DNA of 64,000 bases from an uncultured Gemmatimonadaceae bacterium. GTDB taxonomy: Bacteria > Gemmatimonadota > Gemmatimonadetes > Gemmatimonadales > Gemmatimonadaceae. Below the pieces are notes generated by a model that saw only the letters and a list, made by a program, of their open reading frames with translations, searched no databases and had not been told where the DNA came from. The stretch covers positions 1-64,000 of the forward strand of contig CAWGJO010000022.1 of the NCBI GenBank assembly GCA_963822945.1, read 5' to 3'. The position numbers and the translations under genes were made by a program. Shown one piece after another: positions 28,854 through 39,383 of this stretch (its first letter is position 1; each line of letters starts with the position of its first letter).

Positions 28854-30221
28854 GCCGACCCCCGTGGCGATGCGGGCGCCCGTGGCACTCCCCAGCGCAT
28901 ACGCGCGACCTGGGAGGCGAACAGCAGCGCCGAGAACAGGAAGAGCAGGGCGCCGCCGCGCGCGACGCCCACCGCGGACCACCCGATGCCCGCCAGCAGC
29001 AACACAACACCCGCCACGTGCGCTGTCAACTGCCACCGGGCGGCGCGCGCGGAGTACAGGTCGGTGACGGCGGGCACGCGTCCCCGGTTGAGGCGTCCCC
29101 CGAAGCGGGACGTCCACGCCAGCGTGGGCATGATCTCGTAGAGAAAGCCGGTGACGAACGGCACCAGGAATCCGAGAATGCCGGTCACCACGTACGCCGT
29201 GGCCAGCCGCGTGTGCGCCGGTCCGAGGGCGAGCAGCACGGGACCGAGTGCGGCGCACGCCGCCAGGAAGGGAAGACTCGCGCGCACGAATCGCATCCCC
29301 GTATCCAGCCGGCGCGACCGGGCGCGGTAGAAGAGGTACGTCTGCCAAAGGAACGCGGCGACTCCCGCGTCGAGCAGCAGGGCGCCCGTCCACGTAACGG
29401 CGCGCATCTGCGTCACGAGTCCAACGGCGAGCACGGGCACGCCAAGCGCCAACAGGAGGAGTGCGCGCCCACTCCAACGGCCGTCGGCGCTGTGCGCCAC
29501 CATGAACATCGGCATCAACCGCCGCGACACGCCGACGATGACGATGAGGCCCCATCCCACGAGGGCCACGTGCAGATGCGCGGCGAGGATGCGCACGCGC
29601 GCGGCGGCTACGAAGCCCGTGTGCAGGTTGTGGCTCAGCACGAGACCGAAGGCGAGGGTGAGCGCCAGGAAGGCGACGCCGAGGGCGATCCCAGCCCAGG
29701 TAACGTCGCGCGTGCGGCCCCGCGGGAGCGTGGCGGCGACATTGCCCACGGCCAGCAGGGTCCCTGCGGCGACGAGCAGCACGCCGGGGATCATCACCGG
29801 CAGGGTGCCCTCCGACACGCCGTACGCGAACAGCGCGATGCCGGGGGCGAGGAGCCAGAACGCCACGTGGCCGAGTCGCACCGACCAAATCGGAGCGCCG
29901 AGCGCCATGGGCAGCAGTTGGCCGAGCGCGCCGAAGATGGTGAGGGTCAGCCAACCGAGCGTGAACAGGTGCGTGACGCCGGCGACGTGCGGATCGAGGT
30001 ACAGGCCGCTGGCGAGTGCGGGCGCCACCCAAACGACTCCCGCCGCGCCGGCGAGCAGATACGCCGAGGCGGCGGCGAGATGCTCTCCCACGAGGCGCCC
30101 CGACGCCCGCGGGGCGGGACGGGGCGCGGCGGGCGCGGCGGGCTGCGGGTGTCGTCGAGTCGCGCCGCGCCGCCGGGGCAACGGCGGCGTGTTGCGTTCG
30201 GGGATGATGTTCGACCTTCAT
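28850..30221 (-). CDS. Polytopic membrane protein (about 12 TM) with conserved-looking His motifs; probable frameshift near the N-terminus
   Basis: GVTHLFTLGW...GALGQLLP, LAAHLHVALVGW...GVSRRLMPMF, GFLYEIMP; AGGAG plus ATG 30221 is out of frame with the body ORF (28850..30181). Confidence 0.75.
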
Positions 30222-30278
30222 GACGCACGTGCTCCTGTTCGGTTCGGACGAAGGGTGACCGTGGCAGCCGGTCCGGGA

Positions 30279-30294
30279 CGTGACGGATGTCGCA
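30279..30294. promoter_or_regulatory. Crp/Fnr-type site CGTGAC-GGAT-GTCGCA (one core mismatch)
   Basis: Matches the nirK palindrome core; lies upstream of the membrane-protein gene. Confidence 0.5.
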
Positions 30295-30369
30295 CGGCGG
30301 CCGGTCGCCTGACGGGGGCCGTCCTCGTCGAGCGGCGGGACGAGGGGGCCGGGTGTGGTCCGGGGTGCG

Positions 30370-30385
30370 AGTGACAACAGTCACG
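30370..30385. promoter_or_regulatory. Crp/Fnr-type site AGTGAC-AACA-GTCACG
   Basis: Same GTGAC-N4-GTCAC core as 1819-1832, in a divergent intergenic region. Confidence 0.65.
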
Positions 30386-30469
30386 CGGCGCGTCCATGCG
30401 ATCGGGCAGACTGGAGGGGTGCCCGAGTCCGGACTTCGCCGGGCCCGTTCAACCGACGAGGAAATCAAG

Positions 30470-30673
30470 ATGGCGACTGCTCACGCATTCGATCCGACGC
30501 TCACCGTGAACGAGATGATGGCGCGCGAACCGCGCACGATCGCGGTGTTCAACCAATTCGGCATGGACACCTGTTGCGGCAGCGGCGTGCCGATTGCCGA
30601 TGCCGCGCGGCGCGACGGAGTAGCGCTCGAGGTGCTGCTCGCCGCGCTTCGGTCGGCGGTGGGGGCGTCATGA
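30470..30673 (+). CDS. Stand-alone DUF542 (ScdA/RIC N-terminal) domain protein
   Basis: TVNEMM...PRTIAVFNQFGMDTCCGSGVPIADAA...LLAAL; GAGGA upstream. Confidence 0.85.
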   Translation: MATAHAFDPTLTVNEMMAREPRTIAVFNQFGMDTCCGSGVPIADAARRDGVALEVLLAALRSAVGAS

Positions 30674-31005
30674 ACGTGTACCAGCCGGCGGCCATCGCGG
30701 CGGCCGCTCCGTCGGCGCGGCCCGACCGGCCGGCGATGGCCATCGCCCACGACTCGCCCGACGCGCGTCTGGTGGTGTTCCGGATCGAACCGGGACAGCA
30801 GGTGGCGCCGCACACCAGCGCCTCGACCGTGATCCTGTCGGTGGTCGCCGGATCGGGTCTCGTCTCGGGAGCGGACGGCGAGCATCCCGCGGGGCCCGGG
30901 GACGTGGTGGCCTACGCGCCCGACGAACGGCACGGGATGCGGGCGCTGGCCGAACCCTTCGTGGTGCTGGCCACCATCGCGCCGCGGCCGGGCGGCGGGC
31001 AGTAG
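30670..31005 (+). CDS. Cupin domain protein
   Basis: RLVVFRIEPGQQVAPHT...SVVAGSG...PGDVVAYAPDERHGMRA; ATGA overlap. Confidence 0.85.
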   Translation: MNVYQPAAIAAAAPSARPDRPAMAIAHDSPDARLVVFRIEPGQQVAPHTSASTVILSVVAGSGLVSGADGEHPAGPGDVVAYAPDERHGMRALAEPFVVLATIAPRPGGGQ

Positions 31006-31011
31006 CGGCCC

Positions 31012-31467
31012 ATGCACTCCCTCGTGCGGCGGTACATCAAGACGGCGATCGGGTTTCTGATCGTGGGGTTGGGCATCGGCGGCTGGATGATCGTCCGCCG
31101 CGAGATCTGGCAGCGGTATCCGGCACCCTACGAGGTGAGCGCGCACACCCATGCCATCTTCGTCGGGTTCGTGATGATGATGATCATGGGTGTGGCGCTC
31201 TGGTTGTTTCCGCGGCCGGAGCGCACGGACACGCGCTACCGGCCGGCCGTGGCCGCCGCCGCGTACTGGTGCGTGACCGTGGGAACCGCGGTGCGCGTGG
31301 TGGGGGAGTTGCTGCGGACGTCCGTCGCCGACGGCTGGCTGCGGTGGGCGGTCGTGGCGAGTGCGTTCGTGCAGATCGCGGGGATCGCGCTGTTCTTCCA
31401 CACGATGTGGTCGCGGATCCGCGCCGTCGGCAGCCAGGCGCGCGAGGCGGCGGGCGAGCGGTTCTGA
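31012..31467 (+). CDS. 4-TM membrane protein with an HxH motif (loosely resembles a heme-copper oxidase subunit I fragment)
   Basis: VRRYIKTA, SAHTHAIFVGFVMMMIMGVALWLFPR; resembles the repeat units of the 28850-30221 protein. Confidence 0.7.
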   Translation: MHSLVRRYIKTAIGFLIVGLGIGGWMIVRREIWQRYPAPYEVSAHTHAIFVGFVMMMIMGVALWLFPRPERTDTRYRPAVAAAAYWCVTVGTAVRVVGELLRTSVADGWLRWAVVASAFVQIAGIALFFHTMWSRIRAVGSQAREAAGERF

Positions 31468-31673
31468 GGCGCAGGGACTCCTGATGCGCCGGCCGCGGCG
31501 AGATGGTGTGGACCCCTACAAACTCGGGAACTCTGCTGACTCCCAGCGTCGGCCGGCGCCGGCATATTCACGGTGTTCACCCGGCTGGTGCCGCGCGCGG
31601 CGGGCAGTGTTGCCGGGCGGGAGAGCGCCCGCCGGGGTGAACGACCTGCCAGCACTCGCATCGGGAGGGCGAT

Positions 31674-31907
31674 ATGACCAAGGCCACGAAGAAGCTCGCG
31701 CGGCGCGGCAAGTCCGCGGCCCGGAAGGGCTATGAGAAGGTGGAATCGAACGTGATGGCCGCGGTGGGGCGAAAGACCGTCAGGGGAAAGGCGAAGATCG
31801 CAAAGACGGTGGCCAGCCGGGCGGCAAAGGGGGCGTTGATCGCGGGAAGCGTTGCCGCCGCCGGCGTGTTGGTGTCGGAAGTCAGGAAGCGCCGCAAACC
31901 CGCATGA
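31674..31907 (+). CDS. Small basic hypothetical protein with a C-terminal hydrophobic segment
   Basis: GGGAGG RBS, Lys/Arg/Ala-rich 77 aa, ATGA overlap with the next gene. Confidence 0.65.
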   Translation: MTKATKKLARRGKSAARKGYEKVESNVMAAVGRKTVRGKAKIAKTVASRAAKGALIAGSVAAAGVLVSEVRKRRKPA

Positions 31908-32884
31908 TGCGTGCTGCCGCCAAGGGGAGGCGATGTCGCCTCCTCGCGGTGGCGATGTTCGCGGGGTTCGCCGCCGCCTGGTCGGTGCCGGCGCAGCAGA
32001 GCGATACGTCCTACACGGGCTCGATTGCCGCGATCGCGCGACGCCAGGCGGTAGATGACAGCATCGCGGCGCCCGGCGCGCGGAGCATCCTGTTGCTCCG
32101 CGGGGCGCCGACGCCGAGGGTGATGGTGCTCCTGCACGGACTCACCGATTCGCCGCGGCAGTTCGAAGCGTTGGCGTATCTGCTGTACGCGGACGGGAAC
32201 AACGTCTACGTGCCACGCCTTCCGCAGCATGGGTTGCGGGGCGGGAACGTCGACGCGCTTTCGGCGCTGACCGCGGCTCAGTTGCGGGGCGTGGCGGATT
32301 CGGTGGTGCGTGAGGCGCGCGGGCTCGGGGACTCGGTGGTGGTGGTGGGCCTGAGCATGGGCGCCACGGTGGGTGCCTGGATCGCGCAGCAGCGTCCCGT
32401 CGCGCGCGCGGTGCTCATCGCGCCGGCGATCGAGCCGGGGCGCATCCCGTCATTGCTCGACCGTCCGCTCATCGGCCTTGCCGACCGCTTGCCGAGCATG
32501 ACGCGGCGATCGGCGCCGGACCCCGACCGCCCTGATCGCGAACCGGGATTCGACTTGCGGGCGGCAGCCGAGATCTTCGAGCTCGGGAACGCCGTCCTGC
32601 AGGACGCCGAGCGCGAAGCGCCGCGCACGCCTGAGATCACGGTTCTGGTGAACGCCGCCGACCGCACGGTGAAGGAATCAGCCGCGGAAGCGATGGCGCG
32701 CCACTGGGCACTGCACGGCGCGACGGTGTCGGTGTTCGAACTGCCCGATTCGCTCCGGCTGCCGCACAACATCATCGATCCGCTCCGCGGCCGTGTCGGC
32801 GGCGCCCAGGTGCTGGAACTGCTCCGGGAACTCGCCTACGGGTGGCCGCCGGCCGCGCTCGCGAGACGGCTTCCCGTGCGCTGA
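31904..32884 (+). CDS. Secreted alpha/beta hydrolase (carboxylesterase/lipase-like)
   Basis: LLHGLTDSP, PRLPQHG, GLSMG elbow, D (ADRTV), H (LPHNII). Confidence 0.82.
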   Translation: MMRAAAKGRRCRLLAVAMFAGFAAAWSVPAQQSDTSYTGSIAAIARRQAVDDSIAAPGARSILLLRGAPTPRVMVLLHGLTDSPRQFEALAYLLYADGNNVYVPRLPQHGLRGGNVDALSALTAAQLRGVADSVVREARGLGDSVVVVGLSMGATVGAWIAQQRPVARAVLIAPAIEPGRIPSLLDRPLIGLADRLPSMTRRSAPDPDRPDREPGFDLRAAAEIFELGNAVLQDAEREAPRTPEITVLVNAADRTVKESAAEAMARHWALHGATVSVFELPDSLRLPHNIIDPLRGRVGGAQVLELLRELAYGWPPAALARRLPVR

Positions 32885-32895
32885 CCGGGCCGCGG

Positions 32896-34566
32896 TCAGG
32901 GGTCGGCGGTCAGAAGACGCGACTGCTCCGGGTTGAAGCTGCCGACGAGGTCGATGGACGAGGCGCCGAACCGCACCGCCGCCGCGTGGGCCCGCCGGTC
33001 GTTCTCGTGATCGAGCGACCACTGCGCATGTTGCGCGAGGAACGCAGCGGCGGTGGCGCGCCCCAGCGTGAGCGCAAAGCGACGGGCGTCGGCCTCCCGC
33101 GTTGCGTCGGTGCGTGAGGGATGTTCGGCCAGCCATTCGCGCGCCGCGCGGAGGGCCGCACGTACACGATCCCCCACGACGACGAGTTCCGGGTCGGGCA
33201 CGTCCGCCAATGCGAGGTCCACGGCGCGGATCAGCGGCACGATTCCCTCGGTGCCGAGCGCCCGCAGCGCGTCGAGCGAGAGCACGTTGGTGGTGCCCTC
33301 CCAGATGGTGAGCACCTGCGTGTCGCGCAGGAGCACGGGGAGCCCGGTGTCCTCCACGTATCCGGCACCGCCGAACGACTCCAGCACCTCCGACACCACG
33401 GCCACAGCTTGTCGCCCCGTCGTGAGCTTGACCACGGGCGTGAGCAACCGGAGCAGCGCCTCTTCCTCCGCACTCGCCTGGCCAGCCTCGACGCGTCCCA
33501 GCAGTTCCACCAGCCGGAAGGTGAGGTGAAACGAGGCCTCGAATTCCGCCTGGAGTCCGGCGAGCGTGTCCGCATGCAGCGGCTGCTCGGCGAGTGGGCG
33601 CCCGAAGGCCCGGCGCAGCCCGGCATAGGAGCGGGCGAGCGCCAGGCCGCGCCGCATGTAGGCCAGCGCGGCCACCGAGTTCCAGGTGCGCGTGATGTTG
33701 AGCACGGTGCTGATGGCGCGCACGCCGTTGGCGAGTTCGCCCACGGGAATGGCGGGCGTTCCGTCGAGGGTGAGTTCCGCCGTCGGCAGCTTGCGGGTGC
33801 CGAGCTTGTCCTTGAGCCGGTCGACGGACAGGTGATTCGGTGCGCCGGCATCGTCGCGCGTCTCGACGTAGAACATGGCGAGTCCGCGGCCGCCGGCCGG
33901 ATTGCCCTCGGGGCGCGCCAGGGTGAGTGCCATCTGCGAGGTGATGGCCGAGGTGAACCACTTGCGTCCGTACAAACGCCAGCCCGCGCCGTCATCGTGG
34001 CGCGCGACCGTTTCCGAGGGCGCGACGTCGGAGCCACCGATCTGTTCGGTCATCCACTGCCCGCTGGTCCAGAATCGGGCGGGGTCGCGGCTCGTGAGGT
34101 GGGGCAGGGCGCGGTCGATGAGCGCCTGGTTGCCCGACACGACGAGCGCGCGCGCCGCGCCGTCGCTCATGGCGAGGGGGCAGGCGTAGATCTCGGTGGA
34201 GGCCGTGAACAGGTACACGAGGGCGAGCTGCAGCACGCGTGATCGCTCGGCGAGCGGACGCTCGTACGCCAGCGCCACGAGCCCTTCGCGGGCCGCGATC
34301 TCCTCGGCTCGGCGCCAGAGCGGGGTGGTGTCGATGCGGTCGATGCGGTTGCCCCACGCGTCCCACTGCACGAGGGCCGGTTCGAGCTCGCGTTCGGCGA
34401 GCTGCTGCGCGTACAGCTCGCCGCCGGCGAGGGCGCCCAGACGTTCGAGTTGTGGTATCGCGGCCCGCAGTTGGTCGGGGCCCAGAACGCGCGCGAGATA
34501 GCTGCGCAGCACGCGGTCGTCCGTGTATTGATTTCCGAGGCTCGGCGGGGTCTGGATGAATCCCAT
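32896..34566 (-). CDS. Acyl-CoA dehydrogenase family protein (AidB-related)
   Basis: CPLAMSDG, GQWMTE.GGSD, LYGRKWFTS, RLKDKLGT, RRAFG, FGGAGYVED, IWEGTTN. Confidence 0.9.
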   Translation of the reverse strand: MGFIQTPPSLGNQYTDDRVLRSYLARVLGPDQLRAAIPQLERLGALAGGELYAQQLAERELEPALVQWDAWGNRIDRIDTTPLWRRAEEIAAREGLVALAYERPLAERSRVLQLALVYLFTASTEIYACPLAMSDGAARALVVSGNQALIDRALPHLTSRDPARFWTSGQWMTEQIGGSDVAPSETVARHDDGAGWRLYGRKWFTSAITSQMALTLARPEGNPAGGRGLAMFYVETRDDAGAPNHLSVDRLKDKLGTRKLPTAELTLDGTPAIPVGELANGVRAISTVLNITRTWNSVAALAYMRRGLALARSYAGLRRAFGRPLAEQPLHADTLAGLQAEFEASFHLTFRLVELLGRVEAGQASAEEEALLRLLTPVVKLTTGRQAVAVVSEVLESFGGAGYVEDTGLPVLLRDTQVLTIWEGTTNVLSLDALRALGTEGIVPLIRAVDLALADVPDPELVVVGDRVRAALRAAREWLAEHPSRTDATREADARRFALTLGRATAAAFLAQHAQWSLDHENDRRAHAAAVRFGASSIDLVGSFNPEQSRLLTADP

Positions 34567-34705
34567 GGTGGCACTCCATTGCGGCGAGACGGCCGAGCGC
34601 CGGCTCGGTCCATTCGAATCATACCATGGTTGCGCGCGGGGCTGCGGCGAGTCGGTTCGTCGTGTCGTGGCGTGGGTTGGGAGCAGCCCGCGGGCCACCC
34701 CGGCC

Positions 34706-35176
34706 CTACGCCTGGGAGAGGGCGACCACGGCCAGGCACCACGCGACCACGCTCAGCGCCACGCGCGCCCAGTTCCAGCCGACCCAGCGGCGCACGACGC
34801 CACCGACCGCTGCCGCCGACATACCGGCGCCGTGCCCCAGGAACAGCCCCTTCAGGGTCGGGCGAAAATAGAACATGGTGCTCGCCAAAGCGGTCAACTC
34901 GAGGAGGGCCGAAGTCACGATCCAGGTCCGTGCGGGCTGGGGCGAGCGCCAGGCGATACCGAGCGCACCCAGCGCGAGGAGCCCGGCGACCGGTGTCACG
35001 AAGGCCCAGAATGTCATGCCGGCGTTGATGGCCACCTGCCCGAACGGGTTGCCGGCTGCGAGCGTTTCCGGGACACCGCGCGACCAGAGCGGCACCACGA
35101 CGCGCGATTCGTACAATCCGGCGCCGATGTTGATGCCGAGCGCCACGACGAACAAGTCCAACACGATCCGGGACAT
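34706..35176 (-). CDS. DUF1772/anthrone oxygenase-like membrane protein
   Basis: GGAGGA RBS; GAGLYESRVVVPLW, FWAFVTP, FYFRP, RRWVGWNWAR. Confidence 0.7.
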   Translation of the reverse strand: MSRIVLDLFVVALGINIGAGLYESRVVVPLWSRGVPETLAAGNPFGQVAINAGMTFWAFVTPVAGLLALGALGIAWRSPQPARTWIVTSALLELTALASTMFYFRPTLKGLFLGHGAGMSAAAVGGVVRRWVGWNWARVALSVVAWCLAVVALSQA

Positions 35177-35204
35177 CCGCTCCTCCTTGCGATTGGCAAT
35201 AGAA

Positions 35205-35227
35205 TGGCTAGAGTAATACTCTATCCA
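35205..35227. promoter_or_regulatory. TetR-type operator TGG-C-TAGAGTA-A-TACTCTA-T-CCA
   Basis: Perfect 7-1-7 AT-rich inverted repeat between the divergent TetR and DUF1772 genes. Confidence 0.7.
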
Positions 35228-35262
35228 ATATCGGACGTCAACATTCGGCGCCGGGAGGGCCA

Positions 35263-35922
35263 ATGGTCGGGAAGCGTCCCGGGAAGCGGCACTATGAATC
35301 GCCGACGCGGCGCGCGCGGGCGGCCGCAACTCGGCAGCAGGTGGTCGGTGCCGCACGTGCGCTGTTTCTCGCTCAGGGATATGCGGCGACGACCATCGAG
35401 GCGGTGGCGCACGACGCGGGTGTGGCGGTGCAGACGATCTATGCGACCTTCGGTTCGAAGCGCGCGATCCTGCTTGCGTTGCTGGACGCGCTCGAGGCCG
35501 AGGCCGATCTCGGGGCGCTCACGCGCGAGTTGCAGATCGCCGCCGACGATGAGCGCCGGCAGGCGGCCGCGATCGTGGCGTTCGAGGTTCGGCTGTTCCA
35601 ACGGGGCGCCGGCGTGCTGGCGATGGTGCGGGGCGCCGGCGAAGCGGACGCCGATCTGACCGCGCTCTGGCGGGCCGGCGAGGCGCGCCGGCGTTCCGGG
35701 CTGGCTCCCGTCGTCCGGACGTGGAATCGCCGCGGCGTGCTGCGTGCGGGGGTGTCCGAACGGCAGGCGCTCGACATCGTCTGGGCGCTCACCGGGGCCG
35801 ACCACTACCGGCTGTTCGTGGAGGAGTGCGGCTGGTCGGCGCGCCGGTATCGCGCATGGCTGACCACGGCGCTCGTTGCGGCATTGTTCGGCGGGGCCGA
35901 TGCGCGCGCCTCAGGCGGTTGA
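35263..35922 (+). CDS. TetR/AcrR family transcriptional regulator
   Basis: AARALFLAQGYAATTIEAVAHDAGVAVQTIYATFGSKRAIL. Confidence 0.92.
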   Translation: MVGKRPGKRHYESPTRRARAAATRQQVVGAARALFLAQGYAATTIEAVAHDAGVAVQTIYATFGSKRAILLALLDALEAEADLGALTRELQIAADDERRQAAAIVAFEVRLFQRGAGVLAMVRGAGEADADLTALWRAGEARRRSGLAPVVRTWNRRGVLRAGVSERQALDIVWALTGADHYRLFVEECGWSARRYRAWLTTALVAALFGGADARASGG

Positions 35923-36039
35923 CGATCGACGACTGGTCGGGGGATCGTCGTTCGGTAGCTTCTGGCGCCGCCGTGCACGGGCCCGCAAGTTTGGCCGGTC
36001 CCCTCCGCTCCCGACCTTCCCACCGCGACCCTTCGCCGC

Positions 36040-38011
36040 ATGCCACCAAAAGAACTCACCCTCCGCGGTCTCGTGCTCGGCGCGCTCATCACGACGCTCT
36101 TCACGGCGGCCAATGTCTACCTCGGCCTCAAGGTCGGGCTCACGTTCGCCTCGTCCATTCCCGCCGCGGTGATCTCGATGGCCGTGCTCAGCGTGGTGAA
36201 GGATTCGTCGATTCTCGAGAACAACATCGTGCAGACGGTTGCGTCGGCGGCGGGCACGCTGTCGGCGATCATCTTCGTGCTGCCGGGCCTGGTGATCGTC
36301 GGCTGGTGGCAGGGATTTCCCTTCTGGGAGTCGTTTCTGGTGTGCGCGAGCGGCGGCGTTCTCGGGGTACTGTTCACGATCCCGTTGCGGCGCGCGCTGG
36401 TAACGACGTCCGACCTGCCGTATCCCGAAGGGGTGGCGGCGGCCGAGGTACTGCGGGTGGGGTCCGGTACGCGTGGCGAGACGACGGACGACACCGGCGA
36501 GGCCCGGGAGGGACTGCGCGCGGTGATCCTGGGCGGGGCGACCTCGGCGGGGCTTGCGATCCTCACGGCCACGCAGATTGCCGCCGGCGAGTTGACGGGA
36601 TACTTCCCGGTGGGCGTCTCGGCGGCGAGCGGGTACGACATGGCGTGGTCGCTCGCGCTCGTCGGCGCCGGGCACCTGGTAGGGCTGTCCGTGGGCATGG
36701 CGATGTTCGCCGGCCTCATCATTGCGTGGGGCATCGCGGTTCCGATCCTGACCGCCATGCAGGGGGCCATTCCGGCCGGCATGACGCTCGCCTCGAGCAC
36801 CGCGCACATCTGGAGCACGCAGGTGCGGTTCATCGGCGCGGGCGCCATCGGCGTGGCTGCCATCTACACGCTGGCGACGCTGACCAGGCCCGTGGTCGGC
36901 GGGCTGGTGAGCACGCTGGTCGCGTCGCGTGCGGCGGCGGGCGGTGACGAGCGCGACCGGGACCTGTCGCCCGGGCTGGATTCTGGGGTTGGCCATCGGG
37001 TGCGCGTTGGTGGCCGGTGGCCTGGCCTATCACTTCGCCGCGGGTACGGTGCTGGCGCCGGAGGCCGGCCGGCTGACAGCCGTGGCCGTTCCATTCGTGG
37101 TGATCGTGGGGTTCATCATCGCCGGGATCTGCGGATACATGGCGGGCCTCATCGGCGCGTCGAACAGCCCGATTTCGGGGGTCGGCATTCTCTCGATCGT
37201 GGTGTGCGCGTCGATTCTGGCCATGGTGGTCCGGCCGGCCGATGCGGCCAAGCCGGCGCTCGTGGCGTTCTCGCTGTTCGTAACGGCCATCGTGTTCGCG
37301 TGCGCGACCATTTCCAACGACAACCTCCAGGATCTGAAGACCGGCCAGCTCGTGGGCGCGTCGCCGCGGCGGCAGCAGATCGCGCTCATCGTGGGCGTGG
37401 GCGCCGGCGCGGCCGTCATTCCGTGGGTGCTCAACCTGCTCGCCAAGGCATACGGATTTGCCGGGGCTCCGAACGTGGGGGTGCTGGTGCCCGATCATGC
37501 GCTCCCGGCGCCGCAGGCCGTTCTGATCTCGGCGCTGGCCAAGGGCGTGATCGGGGGGAACCTCAACTGGACGATGATCGGCATCGGCGGCCTGGTGGGC
37601 GTGGGGCTGATTCTGGCCGATACGGCGCTCGGGGCGTTGCACAAGCTGCGCATTCCGCCGCTCGCCGTGGGGATCGGGATCTACCTACCGATGTCGGCGA
37701 CGTTCGCCGTCGTGGTGGGCGCGGTCTTGTCACACTGGTACGACCGGCGCGTGCGCCGGTTGCCCGATCCCGAACGCGCCCAGCGGCTGGGCACGCTGGT
37801 CGCCTCAGGGCTGATCGTCGGGGAGAGCCTGTGGGGCGTGCTCAACGCCGGGTTGATCGTGGGGCTGTCAAAGGAGGCGCCGATCGGGCTCGTGCCGTCG
37901 AGCTTCGCGCCGGCGCCATGGCTGGGTGTGCTGGGGTTCGTCGCGTGCCTGGTGTTCGTATACCGCTGGATGTTGCGGCGATCGGCCGAGATGCAGGGGG
38001 CGGCGCAGTAG
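36040..38011 (+). CDS. OPT family oligopeptide transporter; one frameshift near 36970
   Basis: ELTLRG, YLGLKVG, ENNIVQT, LPYPEG; second frame GASNSPISG, NDNLQDLKTG, LPAPQA, ASGLIVGES. Confidence 0.9.
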
Positions 38012-38060
38012 CGGGCCATGCGGGCGGGCGACGGTCGCTGATGCCACCGCGCGCCGCCCG

Positions 38061-38830
38061 TCACTGCACACGCTCCCTGTCGCGCGCGTCCCCGACCCAA
38101 TATCCCGGCCGGCCGTAGTGGCGATGCAGCCGTGCTTCGTATTCGCGTGTTACGAGAAGGTGCTCCGTGTACCTGGGTGACTGGCGGATGGTCTCCCCGG
38201 TCAGCGCGACGAAGAGTTCCCGGCGGTCCACCATCCAGGCGCACCCATTGCGGGGATAGCAGCACCTGCTCCCCCGGCCACCAGTTCTGGGCCTTGACGA
38301 TCAGATACCGGATGACCCACGCGTCGTAATCGATGATGACATCGTCGACATGACCCATCTCGCCGTCGGGGGTCTGGATGTACCAGCCGCGCACGTCGCT
38401 GGTGCTGTGCACCGGCCACCCGCGCTCGGTGCGATCCGTCGCGTCGTCCGTCCAGTGCCGAGGTTCACGGATCGAGGTCCGGAGAATGCCCCCAGGTGTA
38501 GGGGCCGATCCAGTACCGTGGCCACCCGTGAAAGCGATAATACGCGTCCTCGAATGTGCGAGAACACGGACTGGTCAGCGAGCCAAGGCCGGCTCATCCT
38601 CGATCTGGCGCCTGGTCAACCCGAGGACGATGCGGTGGCGCTCCCGGGCCACCGCATCCGGCGCCGTAGGGGGAGATCAGCACCTGGCGGCCAGCGAGCC
38701 AACTGCGGTGTCGGCGCCGGTCGCGGATCGCCGAATGGCGGTAGTCGAAGTAGAACTCCTTGAGCTTGCCGATGTCCCCTTCGCCGGTACACAGCTTGTA
38801 TCCGAAGAGCGTCTTGGCTTTGTCGAGCAT
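38061..38830 (-). pseudogene. Double PRC-barrel domain protein; multiple frameshifts
   Basis: LFGYKL...EGDIGKLKEFYFD...WLAGRQVLISP; VRGWYIQTPDGEMGHVDDVIIDYDAWVIRYLIV...WWPGEQVLLSPQWV; REYEARLHRHYGRPGYW. Confidence 0.75.
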
Positions 38831-39383
38831 GTGGCGTTCCTCGGCGTTTCTCGGGGGGGGACGGATTCAGCGAGGCCGGCGGATGGATAGCTGATGTTAC
38901 GGCCATCGGGCCCCCGTTCGCATCGCTCGAAAGAATGAGCTTTTGGGGTAGCCCGTATGGGGGACGCCGGGGTTCCTTCGGTGTTCGTCTGCCGGGCCAA
39001 CGGGCACTGGGCGCGCCGACGCGGCGCGCTCGTCCAAAAGAACTACACCCAGATTCATTCGATCAGGCGATACCAGTGGCTTCCCGTCGCGCCCTATCCT
39101 CACAACGTCACGTCAAACTGCTGCGGATCTGCGGCAGGGCGGACGAGCCGAGCGCGTATCTCGCTGAGTCTGTGGTGCGCGAACGTCGCGAGATGGCCGC
39201 ATGTGGCATGCATGACACGACGAGCGGAGCCGGTATCATGAAAGCACCATACCAGATCAGCGACCCGTGCGGTGCTTCGCCGAGGTCGCCGGTAGCGTCG
39301 AATCTGCCCCCCGCGGGGGTGCCGTGGCGCTTCACCCCGCCGCAGGCGACGTCCGCCAGCGCGTCATGCGGGGGGAGCGTGCC

